Below, piece after piece: positions 13,955 through 26,900 of a stretch of 64,000 nt of DNA. The DNA is from Tubiluchus corallicola (Eukaryota > Animalia > Priapulida): NCBI GenBank assembly GCA_030141605.1, contig JAQGDQ010000100.1:1-64000 (forward strand), in the 5' to 3' direction. Numbering within the stretch: position 1 is the stretch's first letter; each line of letters starts with the position of its first letter. A model generated the notes under the pieces. That model saw only the letters and a program-made list of their open reading frames with translations, did no database searches and was not told the origin of the DNA. The position numbers and the translations under genes were made by a program.

Positions 13955-14311
13955 TCATTTTTTGAGGTCGTCATCATCATCATCATCATCATCGTCGTCG
14001 TCGTCGCCAGCTTGTTCGTATTCGCAGTAACCAAACATTGTTTGTTCTTTACAGCATGCGTAGTATGTAAGTCTTTCAGGATCCTGACCCTCTGAAACCC
14101 TGCTCTCGCATTTCTCACAGAGTTCTATTCGCTGAGAGCCAACAGTTGAGTCACCTGTACACTCTCCTACTTCCTGTTTTGAGACTGCTTCTGCTCTTGC
14201 GTTCCGGTTCAGCTCCTTGTTGTATTGGGATTGTTTTCCTCTGTAACTTGGTTTGGAAAATACTGCTTGAAGGGTCAGTAGACCGAATATGCAGACCGTT
14301 ATGGACCTCAT
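13955..14311 (-). CDS. Secreted cysteine-rich peptide precursor (neurohormone- or toxin-like), 118 aa, unassigned family
   Basis: ATG at 14311 is directly preceded by a splice acceptor (tcattcttgcag|ATG). Signal peptide MRSITVCIFGLLTLQAVFS, basic propeptide ending RNAR, core C-x13-CxxC-x17-CC-x8-C, then D13-LKK*. Confidence 0.8.
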   Translation of the reverse strand: MRSITVCIFGLLTLQAVFSKPSYRGKQSQYNKELNRNARAEAVSKQEVGECTGDSTVGSQRIELCEKCESRVSEGQDPERLTYYACCKEQTMFGYCEYEQAGDDDDDDDDDDDDDLKK

Positions 14312-15577
14312 CTGCAAGAATGATAATATTTGCCAATTTTACTTTTGTTAGGATTAGGGATGGAAGCATACAGACACATGATTTTTTATCTATCTCACCA
14401 CTTCTGTCACTTTACAACAGTACATGCAATTCCAAATTTCATACTTTACAAAGTCTCAAGAATAGTCACACTCCATGTGGACTTCTTTACAATGTTTTTA
14501 GTAAATGAGCCAATTGATTCAACATTTTGATGATCTTCTAGATATGGTACAATATTTTGCAAACTATGTACCGATGATATCAAAATGTACAGCACCAAAT
14601 GAAAAACCATGTTCAGACAAATTTCTACTAAAGATTACAGAATGTGCTAACAGATAGGGTTAGCGCAATTATCTATATCTGCTCACAAATGGTTTCTTAG
14701 ATACATGCACTAAAAAATAGCCCGGCGCTAAATGATGTTAATATAAATATGATTAATGAATGCATTATCATTAGCTCTGATTTGAATTATGCAAATTATT
14801 GTAACTCAAACGTTGCTAAACATTAAATTGGTGCATCTCAGCTAATTTTATGCAAAAAATAGAAAGACATATATCCTGACATATATCTTACACACAAATC
14901 TCCACAAACAAGACCAATGAGGACTTGTTATAGTACGTGAAGATATGAACACAAGTCCAAAAAATGGTTACATGTATGGGAATGATGTGAATCACAGTAC
15001 TATTTATTATGACACTTGCGGGTTTTGAATGACTATAGCAGTATGAAAATACTGAAGCGTTTGAATTAAAATGTTTCTATTTGTCGAGAAATTAAATTCC
15101 GTTGTATTCATATGGCCTTCAATACAGTTCAGGCCTCTAACTAGGTCAATTTCTAGAGAAAGATATGTTCCTGTACACGACTTCTTCCTGTACACAATAA
15201 AGAATGGTATAGCTCGCAAATTTCTATATCTAAGGATGATTTCTTTCTACGTATCGGAGCTAAAACTTTACAACAATATCATAAGGCGATTTTTCTTAAT
15301 AAAACCGCAAATAACAACGACAGCAAGATCTCTGGCATCGCAAAACTCCCCATCCCCACTTTAAATTTTGCACATAAATTTATAGCATCGGCATTTTTCT
15401 TTTTCAGAATCACTAGCCGATTAAATGTATGTAACCAATCAGTATACACATTTCGGCAATTTTACGTTCGACCACCAACAGTAATTTGGTAGAGGAGAAG
15501 AACTGTAACTGAAAAACTTCAATAATTTCAAACGACAGTTTTACCCGTAGTGTGCACTACATATGGTCCAAACAGTC

Positions 15578-15890
15578 GGTACAGGTAAATTAGTAAGCTT
15601 GGTACAAGTGAGTTTGGTACAGGTAAGTTTGGTACTGGTAATTTTGGTACGAGGAAATTTTGGTACCGGGAAAATTTTGTACTAGAAATTTTTAGTACTG
15701 GAAAAATTTGGTACACAGTAAGTATGGTACTGGTAAATATGGTACTAACGAAGTTTTGTCAAGCATTTTTGGTACAAGGTAGAAATGGTACGGAACAAGT
15801 TTGGTACTAGGGAAGTTTAGTACTCGGAATGTTTGGTACTAGGAAAATTCGGTACAGAGAAAGTTTGATAGAAGGAAAGTTTGGTACAAT
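15578..15890. repeat. Degenerate tandem array of about 15-bp units with a TTTGGTAC core
   Basis: Roughly 20 copies such as GGTACAGGTAAGTTT and GGTACTGGTAATTTT. Confidence 0.9.
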
Positions 15891-15939
15891 GGAAACGTAT
15901 TTTATATAATCTACTCGAAGAAATTATAGGGGCACATAT

Positions 15940-16410
15940 TGTTGTTTGTATTTATCTATTTTTTGTTCGTTTCCTCTTTTTTGTTTGTCTGTTGTTTGTT
16001 ATTTGTCATTGTTGTTGTTTGTCTGTTTCTTGCTCGCTCTTTTCTTGTTATTACTACCACCACCACCATTACCACCATCAACACCACCACCACCACCACC
16101 ACCACCACCTACACCATCATTGCTCTTGTTATTGTTATTGTTATTGTTGTTGTAAATAATGTTAGCATTGAACATAATAATTATCATTGCCATCGCCACT
16201 GTTACTGTTGCTGCTGCCAATAAATAACCATGAATGATTACAGTAAGTGATGGCAATAATATTGATGATGACAACGATGATGCTCTTGATGATGATAATA
16301 ATGATGATAACAGTGATGATTATGGCAAAGATGACACTGATGATGATGTTGACAGTGATAATGAGTATGACAATTGTCACAAAAACGAGAATGACAGTAA
16401 TTACTACTTC
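15940..16410. repeat. Low-complexity trinucleotide region: (TTG)n, (CAC)n, (GAT)n
   Basis: Directly visible; source of several overlapping spurious ORFs. Confidence 0.9.
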
Positions 16411-16704
16411 ATACACTGGTTACTGCGGGCGTTACACTATACGTGGCACATTTGCGGCACTTTTGATAATTCCGGTGATTTAAATTCAGTTCCGATTTCA
16501 GGCAAAATGCTTTTACGGGGATTGGCTAGTGGGAATAAATAATACTCACTTTTCAAATTTGGCAAACTTTGCAAAGCGCAAATGCTAGTAGAATTTCTTA
16601 ATGCAGTACTATTTTTACTTTTGTTTGTCTGAGTACTCGCTTAAAAAGCAATAGACTTTACCTGCGCCTGCGTCATAATGGTAATTAATAAAATCATTAA
16701 CGCA

Positions 16705-16891
<187 letters not shown>

Positions 16892-17009
16892 AGAAGGGAG
16901 GGAGGAAGGAGGGAAGAACAGTAGAAGGGGAGAAAATTAGCCCATAAATTACACAATTGTCATCATCTTCATATCATCATCAAGAAGTACAGTTCTCACT
17001 CCATGTTGT

Positions 17010-18185
17010 GAATAATAATAATTTAATAATTTATTGAATATTTAAAATGCATTAACATTAAAACTTGACAAATGCATTTTACATACTTAAAATATTAACA
17101 CATAAATAGTACATACACAGTAGGCTGTTATAAATAAAACTAAAATCACAATACATGTATATAAAAATCAGCCATAATTAAATCCATAAGACCATATTTA
17201 ATTTCTAATTAATTAAAAAGGCTTCTTTATAAAATAAGTCTTAAGGAATGATTTGAACTTTTGAACATTATTGAATTTACGTGCATTAATTGGTAAAACA
17301 TTCCATAATTTTTGTTCCGCTACGCTAAAACTACGAGAACCATATGTGACTAGTTATAACGCGGTACAACAAGTGTTGATAAGATTGCAATTGGGCACGT
17401 ATGGCTTCAAAAAATCAGATATATAGGAGGGCGCTAAATCATTCAGAGCCTTGAATGTTAATAAGAGATTTTTGTATTTTGTTCTGAAAGAAACGGGCAA
17501 CGAGTGCAATTGCATGAGAACAGGAGTTATGTGATCATATTTACGAGTACCTGTAATAATTCGGGCCGCTGTATTGTGTACATGTTGCAGTTTATCAAAC
17601 TGATACTGAGGAATGCCAAAAAGTGTACGATTAAAATACTCTAATCGAGAACTGACAAACTCGTAGGTAAGACTTTCACTGGCTGGTTTTGATAAACAAG
17701 GTCTAGTTTTAGAAATGTTCCTTAAATAGAAATAAGAAGTTTTGCACACATTATTCATATGGGTAGTTAATTGATAATCTAGAATGACTCCAAGGTTTTT
17801 CACTGCATCGGACACCGCAATTAGAACAGTGTCCACAAGGATACTTTCGATAATTTACTTCCAAAAATGATAAAATCGGTTTTGTCATCATTAAGCTTCA
17901 AATAATTGTGCAGCATCCAGTGACGTATATCTGCAATGCAGTTCTGAATAACATTCAAAGTTTCAATATCACCAATTTCAATTTTAGGATTAAACGCTAG
18001 ATAAACCTGTGTGTCATCAGCGTATAGATGATAATCGACACCGTGCAGCTTAAGTTTATCGCCCAAAGGGGAAGAATATATGGAGAACAACATCGGGCCT
18101 AAAACAGATCTTTGGGGAACACCTCAAAGTTCCTCCATATCCATCGACCTGACCCCATTAGTACTGACTTGCTGATTTCTATCGG
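17010..18185 (-). mobile_element. 5'-truncated L2-clade LINE (RT domain through 3' end), frameshifted
   Basis: Minus strand reads [68 protein letters not shown]; AATAAA and a (TTA)n-type tail near 17010-17035. Confidence 0.93.
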
Positions 18186-18214
18186 ATGGGTAAGAGGAAA
18201 GAAACAGAAGTGAA

Positions 18215-18545
18215 ACTGTTTCCTCATTGTTTCATCCATTTACTTATATTATTTCAGTTATTCCATTATTCAGTGGCTTGTTGTCCTGTTCGTACAGCTG
18301 CATGTTTGTTTTGTTTACTCAGTCATTCATGTCGTCAACTACGTCAAACTAATTTAGCCTGTCATGCATTTGCTTCAGCGCTTGTCCATTCTTTTCATTC
18401 ATTTATGAATCTAGGACAGTTGCCACACAATAATCACAAAAGATGTTAAAGATGGCTTCACCTAATTCTATAAAGTCACATTATACGGCTGTAAACTGTG
18501 AACACTTTTATTATAAGGATAATTACAGCCTAATGTATTGATAAA
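18215..18545 (+). repeat. Dispersed repeat, copy 1 (homologous to about 46490-46840)
   Basis: Shared blocks TTGTTGTCCTGTT, TCAGTCATTCATGTCGTCA, CGCTTGTCCATTC and TAATTACA in the same order. Confidence 0.75.
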
Positions 18546-19039
18546 TACAATTATTATTAATTCGAAATAATTGTCTCACCTTGGAACGAATTAATAAACT
18601 TTGTATTCCACGTAGCTGTGCGGTTATTGATACACTTGAAAGATAAGAAGTGGGCGTGCACATTAAGAATTGGTTTGCTATATAACATTGCCACGCAGTG
18701 TCTAATAATAATTAAATGGTTTAGAACCAAGTACAATCCTTTCAAGTGTCATTGTTCGTTTTACGTTATACATTATCTGAACAATTTTTAGTTTGAATAA
18801 TTGGCCTATGAAAGCCCTATGTCACATGATATATGACTCTTTGCTGAATTTACTAAAAAGACTGAAATCCATTTAGCATTCTCACTTATGATTTCGTAGA
18901 AACAACAAAGTAAAATTGGTTGCACGTGCTATTTTAGTAGATTAAAACGGTATTCCAAAATTTCAATTACGATTATTATCACCTGTATTAAACTAAACCC
19001 TTATGTGTTAAGTAAAAACGGTAATAAATAACGTTGTAA

Positions 19040-19438
19040 GGAATCCAGGTAATAAAGTCACAGGTAAAAAAGTAAAAGAAAAGAGTCACAGGAAAAAAGA
19101 AATAATCATAACCCTGACCCTGACCCTGACCCTAAGATATTGAACAAAACGTGATTTTTTTTCATCATACCATCATGTATAAATAGTATTGTGAATATGC
19201 GCAAGTCATACATTGCCAATTAATAACTGATTTTAAACATTTTCTGTTTTATTATTTTTTTGAATTGTGACTAACGCGAATACTTTTGTTTGATTCGTTT
19301 TTCCTATCCAGAATCGTCAGACACCTGTCTTTCTTTCCTAGCCAAACTTTTGACTTTTTTCTGGGCACCATGAATTAATTGTGACTTTGTCCTAGCCAAA
19401 ATTGTGACTTTTCTTCTGTGACTTTATTACCAGTCACC
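19040..19438. mobile_element. MITE-like element with terminal inverted repeats and an internal (ACCCTG)n array
   Basis: GGTAATAAAGTCACAG (19048) and CTGTGACTTTATTACC (about 19416-19431) are perfect reverse complements; reiterated subterminal AAAGTCAC/GTGACTTT motifs. Confidence 0.8.
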
Positions 19439-19506
19439 AGTTGGAGGATACTTACAGGTGTTACATAACATTTTACTACGGTGTGCAAAAGCAGAAAGTA
19501 AAGGTG

Positions 19507-19878
19507 CAGAACAATTTATTGCATCAAAGTATTACTGAAACAATTGCGAATCTGACATAATTTCATAACTAAGAATGACAGCCTCGCGCGTCTCACACAC
19601 ACTCTGTTGTCTTGAAGAGTATCTTTGGAGGAGCACCGTAAAATTCATTGGACCTCAAACACATTGGAGCAATCCTGAGAGAGAGGGGATGCTAAAATGA
19701 TAAATAAACGTGACAGTAATCCTTATTCAAAAAAGACAAGCTTATTAGACATTTGCATAGATCTTCAATTCTTCAATCCAAGATTGCAATTGCACGAAAC
19801 GTGAGACACTTCTACGCTAAATTTTCAGGGTAGATTCACGATTGTTTCAGCTGTACTTTGATGCAATAAATTGTTCTG
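19507..19878. repeat. Inverted repeat with about 47-bp arms (25-bp perfect core) and an approximately 280-bp spacer
   Basis: CAGAACAATTTATTGCATCAAAGTA (19507-19531) versus TACTTTGATGCAATAAATTGTTCTG (19854-19878); similarity extends to 19553 and 19832. Confidence 0.88.
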
Positions 19879-20847
19879 TATTATTATTTTTGTTTTAGTA
19901 CCACTTAGCAAAAGGTTAGGCCTATGTACCGCGCTGTATATCAACGTGTTACCTACTGTTGCTCTTTAATTATAGTATATGTATATTGTTAGAAATTTTG
20001 TTAGAAACTTATGGTTATTTTTTTCAAGTTGCTAAGAAATTAGTGTATCCAGTATATTTTTCAAGCTGCTTTAATGCATAGTTGAGTTGCTTTTCTATGC
20101 CGTATTATATTACTAGTGATTTAAATAATAATTATATATTTAGTTACACATGTTATATCTTCACTGATAATTTTGCTCTTTTTAAAATTTATATTTAATT
20201 TGAGTTTTTCACAATGAATATAAATTTAATTTACTTAATTTCACGCCCTTTGTTTTCTGCCACTTATTGTTGATTTATTGAAGTTAGGGGTGGCTCGGCT
20301 CGGCAACTGTTTGGTTTCTCCAACCCCTTCTCTGTGTATATATTGTATTATAATTGCATGTACTGTAATGTAGTGTGTTTATTGAGTACTAAGTTGAATT
20401 GAGCCAACATTTTTGCACAGGCAAATGAACTCACTAGTAGAAAGTTTTGTTCATTGTTTTCCTAAAATGAAGAACGGGTAAATTAAGACTGTAGTTCAAT
20501 TTATACAAATAAAATACTTGAGTAAACAGAGTAAAGGCAAGTAAAAATGAAAAAGAAAATGTAGAATGCTAAGAGAACAAGACGACCATGCATGAGCATG
20601 GCAGGGCCTGGCAAAACCAACTTAGTGATAGTGAACAGTGATATGACAGTGGCGTCATCGAGTGGCAATTCGTGCAATGATTTTTAACATTCTTGCTCTG
20701 GTAAATTCTACTATTGGCGTGGCAGTGTTGTTGATCAAACTTGGAAGGTATCAAACCGTAACGGCGTCCTGTCTCAAGCCGGTTCCGAGTCATCTGTACA
20801 ATACCGCGTCAACTTGGTGTGATTAATTCGTGCAAAAATCTTTTAAA

Positions 20848-20949
20848 ATGTCTCCTTTTTTAATAATTACATTGTTCTTCTGCAAATTTTCAGTCTCCTA
20901 CACACAAACACTGATGGACAAGATTCAGACAGACCCCGATTTAACTCAG
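20848..20949 (+). CDS. fas1: Fasciclin-1-like exon 1 (signal peptide and start of FAS1 domain 1)
   Basis: aaaATG; MSPFLIITLFFCKFSVSYTQTLMDKIQTDPDLTQ|gtaagt; LMDKIQTDPDLTQ-F resembles the fasciclin I N-terminal helix. Confidence 0.82.
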
Positions 20950-23900
20950 GTAAGTGAATTCATATTTACTTTGTGCCGGCGTCCCTGAGTATACTTGCTG
21001 CTGGGCGTGTTCTGTGGGTGACGTGATGGCAGTTTTACCTTGACGGTTCATGTAGTATATAATAAACCTACTGCAACTTTAGACAGTTGGACTGTAACTT
21101 TTACTTTTTGTACCTCATGAAAAAACTGAATAATGTGATATTAAAGTTTGAAGAATTATAATTATAGTATAAGTTATGGGGAATGTCCAATGTCCCATAA
21201 CCAATTAATAAAATTGGTTTTTTTGCGTTGGTTCTGCTTTCGCCTGCTGTAGACGCATTTATTTGAATATTTTTTAAGATAATTTCTGAAGTGACGCACA
21301 ATACAGCTAGCACAATGAAATTTTGTGCCACACGAACACAGTTTATCCTTTAGCCAGTTTATGTCACACGAATAATTATCCTTTAGCTAATAAGTTATAA
21401 TACTATATGATGTAGTTTCTAGCAAGTGCTGAATTTTAACTTATTACAATACTTTTCATCACTCATCAGCAGTGTACTGAGCTGCCCTTACATACAGCTG
21501 TTGAACAGGTAATAACAACAATAACAGTAATTATCGATTGACGCAGGTACATGTACAGCTGCATGGCATGCAAGCCGGTAAGGTTACATGGGTGTAATGA
21601 CACAGTTTTTGCTGTGAACGCTAAGCCAGTTTAAATATCTGGATTCTGGAAGTCAGGGAGACCTCCTCACCTTCAAGGTGGAGTCTTAGTAGAATATTAA
21701 ATGAAGAAAGATCTGTAAGCAATTGATGTCATACTGCATTCACGCTTCTTGGAAAGATGATGTTTATCAAGGTTACTATATGCCACTTTTTTCTGAAAGC
21801 CAAGTGAATATATGCATAATTCAGAGTTACTGATGAAAGAATTAGCGATTTGGAAATTAATAGCGATTCCTTATAAAAGGCAGCTAAGAACAGAATGTGA
21901 TAGATCTTGTAAAAGTTGTATGGAGTTGGAAGATTAAATTTTTTGAACCTACTTTTCCTTACTATCCGTTTTAAGAAAATGAAAAAAGAAAGCTTATTTC
22001 GAAAGGTTTTCAGATGAAGATCATGTGAGGTGATTACTATTTCAAAATGTTAGTTGTGTAGAAAGATTTGAACTACAAGTTTAATTTAGTTTTTATTGTA
22101 GCTTAGTAGCATTTTAAGTTTTTGGATGCACAAAAAACGTTTTTAGACACCAAACTAAACTGAACTGAACTGAAAAGAATATATAACGTGTCACTAATGC
22201 ACTAATGACTATTCACTCTGCTGTCTACAAGGTATAAGCGTACACGTTTAAATCATTAGACAGTTATACAGTTTACAAATCGCTGATATTTTCACTGTGG
22301 CCATTAAATTTGTTACAAAAACAGCACATTTGCATTGTCAAATTGCAAGTTTATACTACTGAAGTAAACCCGTTACTCTAGATATCATAATTCAACTTGA
22401 ATTAATCTCTTTGTGTTGAAAATCTTAAATTATAGCATGTTTTTCTTGACAGTTATGAGGGTTCAGTGGAAAGCCGTTTTGAAAAGGATCGTGTAGGTAT
22501 TTTTGTAAACAAACCATTTCTGAAATATGACCACAGTGGGCGCTGCTCCTGTACACGCATAAATTATTGATTTTTCAGTCTTAATAATTAATTATCCGCC
22601 CACGCTTCTTATTACTGTCATTAAAATGAAAATGATTTCTTCTTACGGATGTTCCGGATGCTTTGATTTTCGCATTAAGAATCGTGTAAAATTGTATGAA
22701 AAGAAAATTTGTTCTTTATTGAACGATATGATCCGATTTGATGTACGCACGATGACTAAGTTCTTCGAATTAATCTTAATTTAATAGCTCTTTAGCGGTC
22801 AATCATCAGCACTAGATCTACTTTATCTAAGTTGTCTTTGCTCGAGGAGGGAACTGCCTTAATTATTTGTTAATGTATTACAGACATTTGTTAACATTCG
22901 TTTAATTGTCTATGCCTGAAATTATTGTCGTCAAGTGAGTGTATAATTACAATCACTCAGTCTTTCATGGAGAATTTTCACCGTAATTCTGTGTGGCAAC
23001 TCTCGATCGAAAGTGGAATCTTCAAAATGTTATTATCTCAATTGTTTTTTAATTATGGTTGTAAAGAGTTTACACTACCTACAGTTTTTATATCAGGCAG
23101 CAATTCATTAACGATAAAAATCCTCTTAAGTAATAAATTAATAAAAATCCTAAAAACTAATATTTTTTCTTTTCATCGTCTTCGTCATTTGCTTCTTCTC
23201 CCAAGTAAAAGCTACTACTACGTGGGCGTACTACCCAGTTTGTAAAACAGTCCGCAAAATATAAAACCTATGAAAAGCGCAAATTCAAAAGATCATTAAA
23301 CATCCTTAAGAAGTTCAAAAAAGAAAAGCACTTTTAATAATAAACTACCAAAATTCGTGTACGCGTGTGGTCGACGCTGTTAATAGCATTGATAATCATG
23401 AAGTTTTCCATTCGTTTTACATAACTTTGTAATTGGTACAAAAGCGTCACAGTAATTATTGTTACATCAAGCTAATCTAGTAACCTACTTGTTTTTGAAC
23501 TCTGTTTATTTATCCTTTCGTTGTTTACATTTTCATCCATCTCCTTCATCATAGTAAACTCACGTTTGACAAGATACAGTAGATTAAACAACTGCTACTT
23601 GTAGGTAATTTTGAACTCCGGAGGTGCATGTGGTGGAATGTGAGGTCACGTAAGTTTGTCGACTTCTAATTACGACTTCCACATCGCTGTTCACTTTTTC
23701 TAGCAAGTTGCCTATCGTGGTTTAACACATTACTTGTTTACCATTGACAAGCTGTCGTAATTCAGTTTTGCAAATAAACAATATTACAAAGCTACTTTGT
23801 TGTAGCCAGTTAATCAACGATCTGAAAGTAGGTTTCTTGGTTCTAGATTAAATGATATCATTTATAACTTATGATGTAGCGGCATAGGCTGAAATTTTTT

Positions 23901-26900
23901 CCCAACACCTCTTCAGCTAACATCATCATAGGTAAACGTTCTAAAAGACCTGAGCTCATGAAAGAGAAAATGTGGCTGTTTCTTCGTTTATGGATGTATG
24001 GATGACCGTCACGAAATCTGCTTCTGGGCGATTTTATATCCCCTACTTATCTTAGCTGCTATCTTCGGGTTTAACATAGCTAAAATATCTCCCCTCTTAA
24101 AGGATCATCATTGATAAATTGAGTTCATAATTAGCTAAACCCGGTCCCGCCACAAACATCGCGATTCGGGGAATTAGTAGGCCGCAGCTGAAAAGGTGCC
24201 TTGATGCAAATTATAAGTACGCTAGTGCTATATAATACGTAATTGTAAAAGCCTGTGCTAAGTGGGATTACAGTGACTAATAATGTGCGGTCTGCCGCTT
24301 CAAAATGCAACGTTTATAATCTCCATGGTAACAAGGTAAACTTGTCTACTTAAAAGGAGTTCGTTGTACGCTTGATTATTGATGTTCTATTTTGCGAGTT
24401 TTAAATTTAAACACTAGGCAGTTTTATGTTCTTTGTCAAACAATATAAAAGTTCAATAATAGATCTGAAACTATGCATGAAGCGTAAAATATTCACTGAC
24501 TATGGCAATTTGCATATTATAGCAAATACAGTAAAATTCTTTACAGTCGTAAAACCGGGAACAGACTTAAAAAGTTTCATTCGCCAATTCAGGAATTTAG
24601 TCATTGTAAATTACAACTATACAAAGTCTGCATTTGTAACTGTTCTTTCGATGGCAACATTCTAACTTTATCCTTTTCACGGGTCCCGAAACAAGGACTT
24701 GGAGCCCGTTTTATTGATCTTGTCAAAAATGTGGATGGGATCAGTGGAAGTGAAAATGACAGTGGAAAGAGGGTGCTGTTCTTCCATTTATTCATCCGTT
24801 CACCCGTCTTGCAACTTGGCACAGGTAAAGGTCGTTGTATATTGACCTTGACCTTGACTTTCATGTTGATGGGTGTAGGGTCTTACATTAATTGCCGAAT
24901 GTTTAACATATATTTTTTCAGGGTCACTGAGGCCAAGTCAAAATCAAACTGGCACATTAACAGTACTAGCAGGGAGAAAGTCATGATAGTTTGACCTGGA
25001 GTTTGATCTATAAAATTCAAAAGAGTCTTGTTACTGTGCGTCTAGCTTATTCAATTCAATTCAGTTTATTAGTCTTGGTCAAGACATTAGATTGTTACAT
25101 ATAAGAATTACTATCAGGTGACCGTTACAGGGACGGTGGCAAAAAAACCAGTGCCGTCCTCAACCAACATTTACATATGAAAATGATAAACTGGCGATAG
25201 TGATTTAAATTAACAGTGGATGATGAGGTAAAGCATACAAACTTAAACAAACAAACATGTTAGTAACTTAAAAATATAAAGTACGGCGTGTAATGAAAAA
25301 ATGTAACTAATGAGTATTACACTATCGAGATCAAAAATCGCGAAGTCTGTGTGCCACTTTTACGACCCTTTTTATAAGTCTGGAGCTAAAGAAATAGTGT
25401 CGTTGCGTTACTAATACATTTTAAGATAGCTCTTCGTGGAGCTGACCGCAATTTATCTTAGTGAATTTGTTTTTGTATGTCTTAACGGTCAATTAAAACA
25501 ACTTCAACATTTATCAAACTATCACTTTATGTATAATCTGTTATGCAGCACTAGGGCGTTTATGAATTATGCATAAACTTCAGTTTAATTGATGCTTCTT
25601 TACTGCTCGAGACTATGAAGGTATATGGCCATATTTGCGACTGTTTTGTACCATTACAGTTTCATTAACAATTTCTTTGGCGTTTTACTTTTATTGAACG
25701 TTAACATTTTACGTAATGTAGGGAGTTTATTTTTCCTTAATTAATGCACATTGCATACAACAAACTGCAGCAATTAAACTTCAGTCATCGTGATACAGTA
25801 ATTTAACATCAATTATACCTGTTTAATCACTACATTTCCTTAATTCCACGTTGAACACTATACTTGTGTTTGTTATTTTTTGTGTGTGGATGCTCTTAGG
25901 GGCAGATATGCTGTATAATAGCGTGTTTTATACAAGATTTTAGGCTATATTTTTCAGTATAAATTGCTCAAATCAATTTCAGTATCAATTGTTCAAATCA
26001 GTTTCATAGACAAACTTTTTACGTTTCCGACTTGATGTTTGCGCCTCATCATAAATGCCATGTGGTCAGTTAGAAGGACCTTTTCGATTCTCTATCTGTC
26101 GCCGCTCATTGCTAGATTGTGCCACCAGCAATAAATGCCGGTTCATATGAATTATCTTAATTCATTCAGTTCATATGGACCTCGTCACCCCCGACCCCCT
26201 CTTTGTCTATGGCGTAAGAACGGCTGAGTTTAGAGTCTACAAAGTAAGAATAGCATTCGAGATTGTAAATGAATACCTAGTAGTGGTAGCTGCAGCAGCA
26301 GCAGCAGTAGTAGTTAAACTGATTCTTTTAGTAAAAATATCTAACCGAGGTGCGTGTGAAACTTGGTATACCAAATTTTGACGCATATTACATTATGCTG
26401 CTTATTTTGTCAGAAGTAGGGTTTTAATTTCCAGCAATGCTTTTGTAAGCGGTATTGTAAATAATGACTTTTTTATTTTGTTAAACATTATATAACAAAT
26501 ATTTACATCTATTATTTGTAAATTTTATGTAAATATTAATTGTGTTAATGTAACTTTTGTTCACGTAATGTTATTCTGTTTCTTGTATTGCATTGCATTG
26601 TATACTAACTGTTATTGTATTGCATTATATTGTATTATACGCTGACTGTTGTTACATAAACAACAATGTTTGCAATAAAAACTTTACTTTCTTACATGAA
26701 GAACGCTGCTTGATTACAAGTCAACAGGTCGGCTGGGTGAACTATTTAGAGATAAACCTGTTTCTTTTCGTGTTAATTTACTGTTTAGCTATAGTGTTCC
26801 TGTTTGAGTTGTTGTGGTTATTTAACCATGTTGCGTGATAGTTTGTGGTGCTAATACATAATATTTGTTTTATTGCCGAGCATTTTAAAACTCTTGCGGT

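Noticed and set aside
15578-15890. Regular repeats with variable spacers, CRISPR-like at a glance (also 60600-61086)
   Set aside because: Units are only about 15-19 bp, spacers are related to each other, there are no cas genes and the context is eukaryotic
20569-20793. 74-aa minus-strand Cys/His-containing ORF upstream of fas1
   Set aside because: No recognisable motif; lies antisense to the probable fas1 5' UTR/promoter
20894-20949. Reading ttttcag at 20887-20893 as an acceptor that needs an upstream fas1 exon
   Set aside because: The frame is open back to ATG 20848 and encodes a good signal peptide, so no upstream coding exon is needed
23630-23690. Imperfect hairpin containing a miR-1-like TGGAATGT
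   Set aside because: Only about 14 pairs with bulges, and the sequence after the seed does not match miR-1
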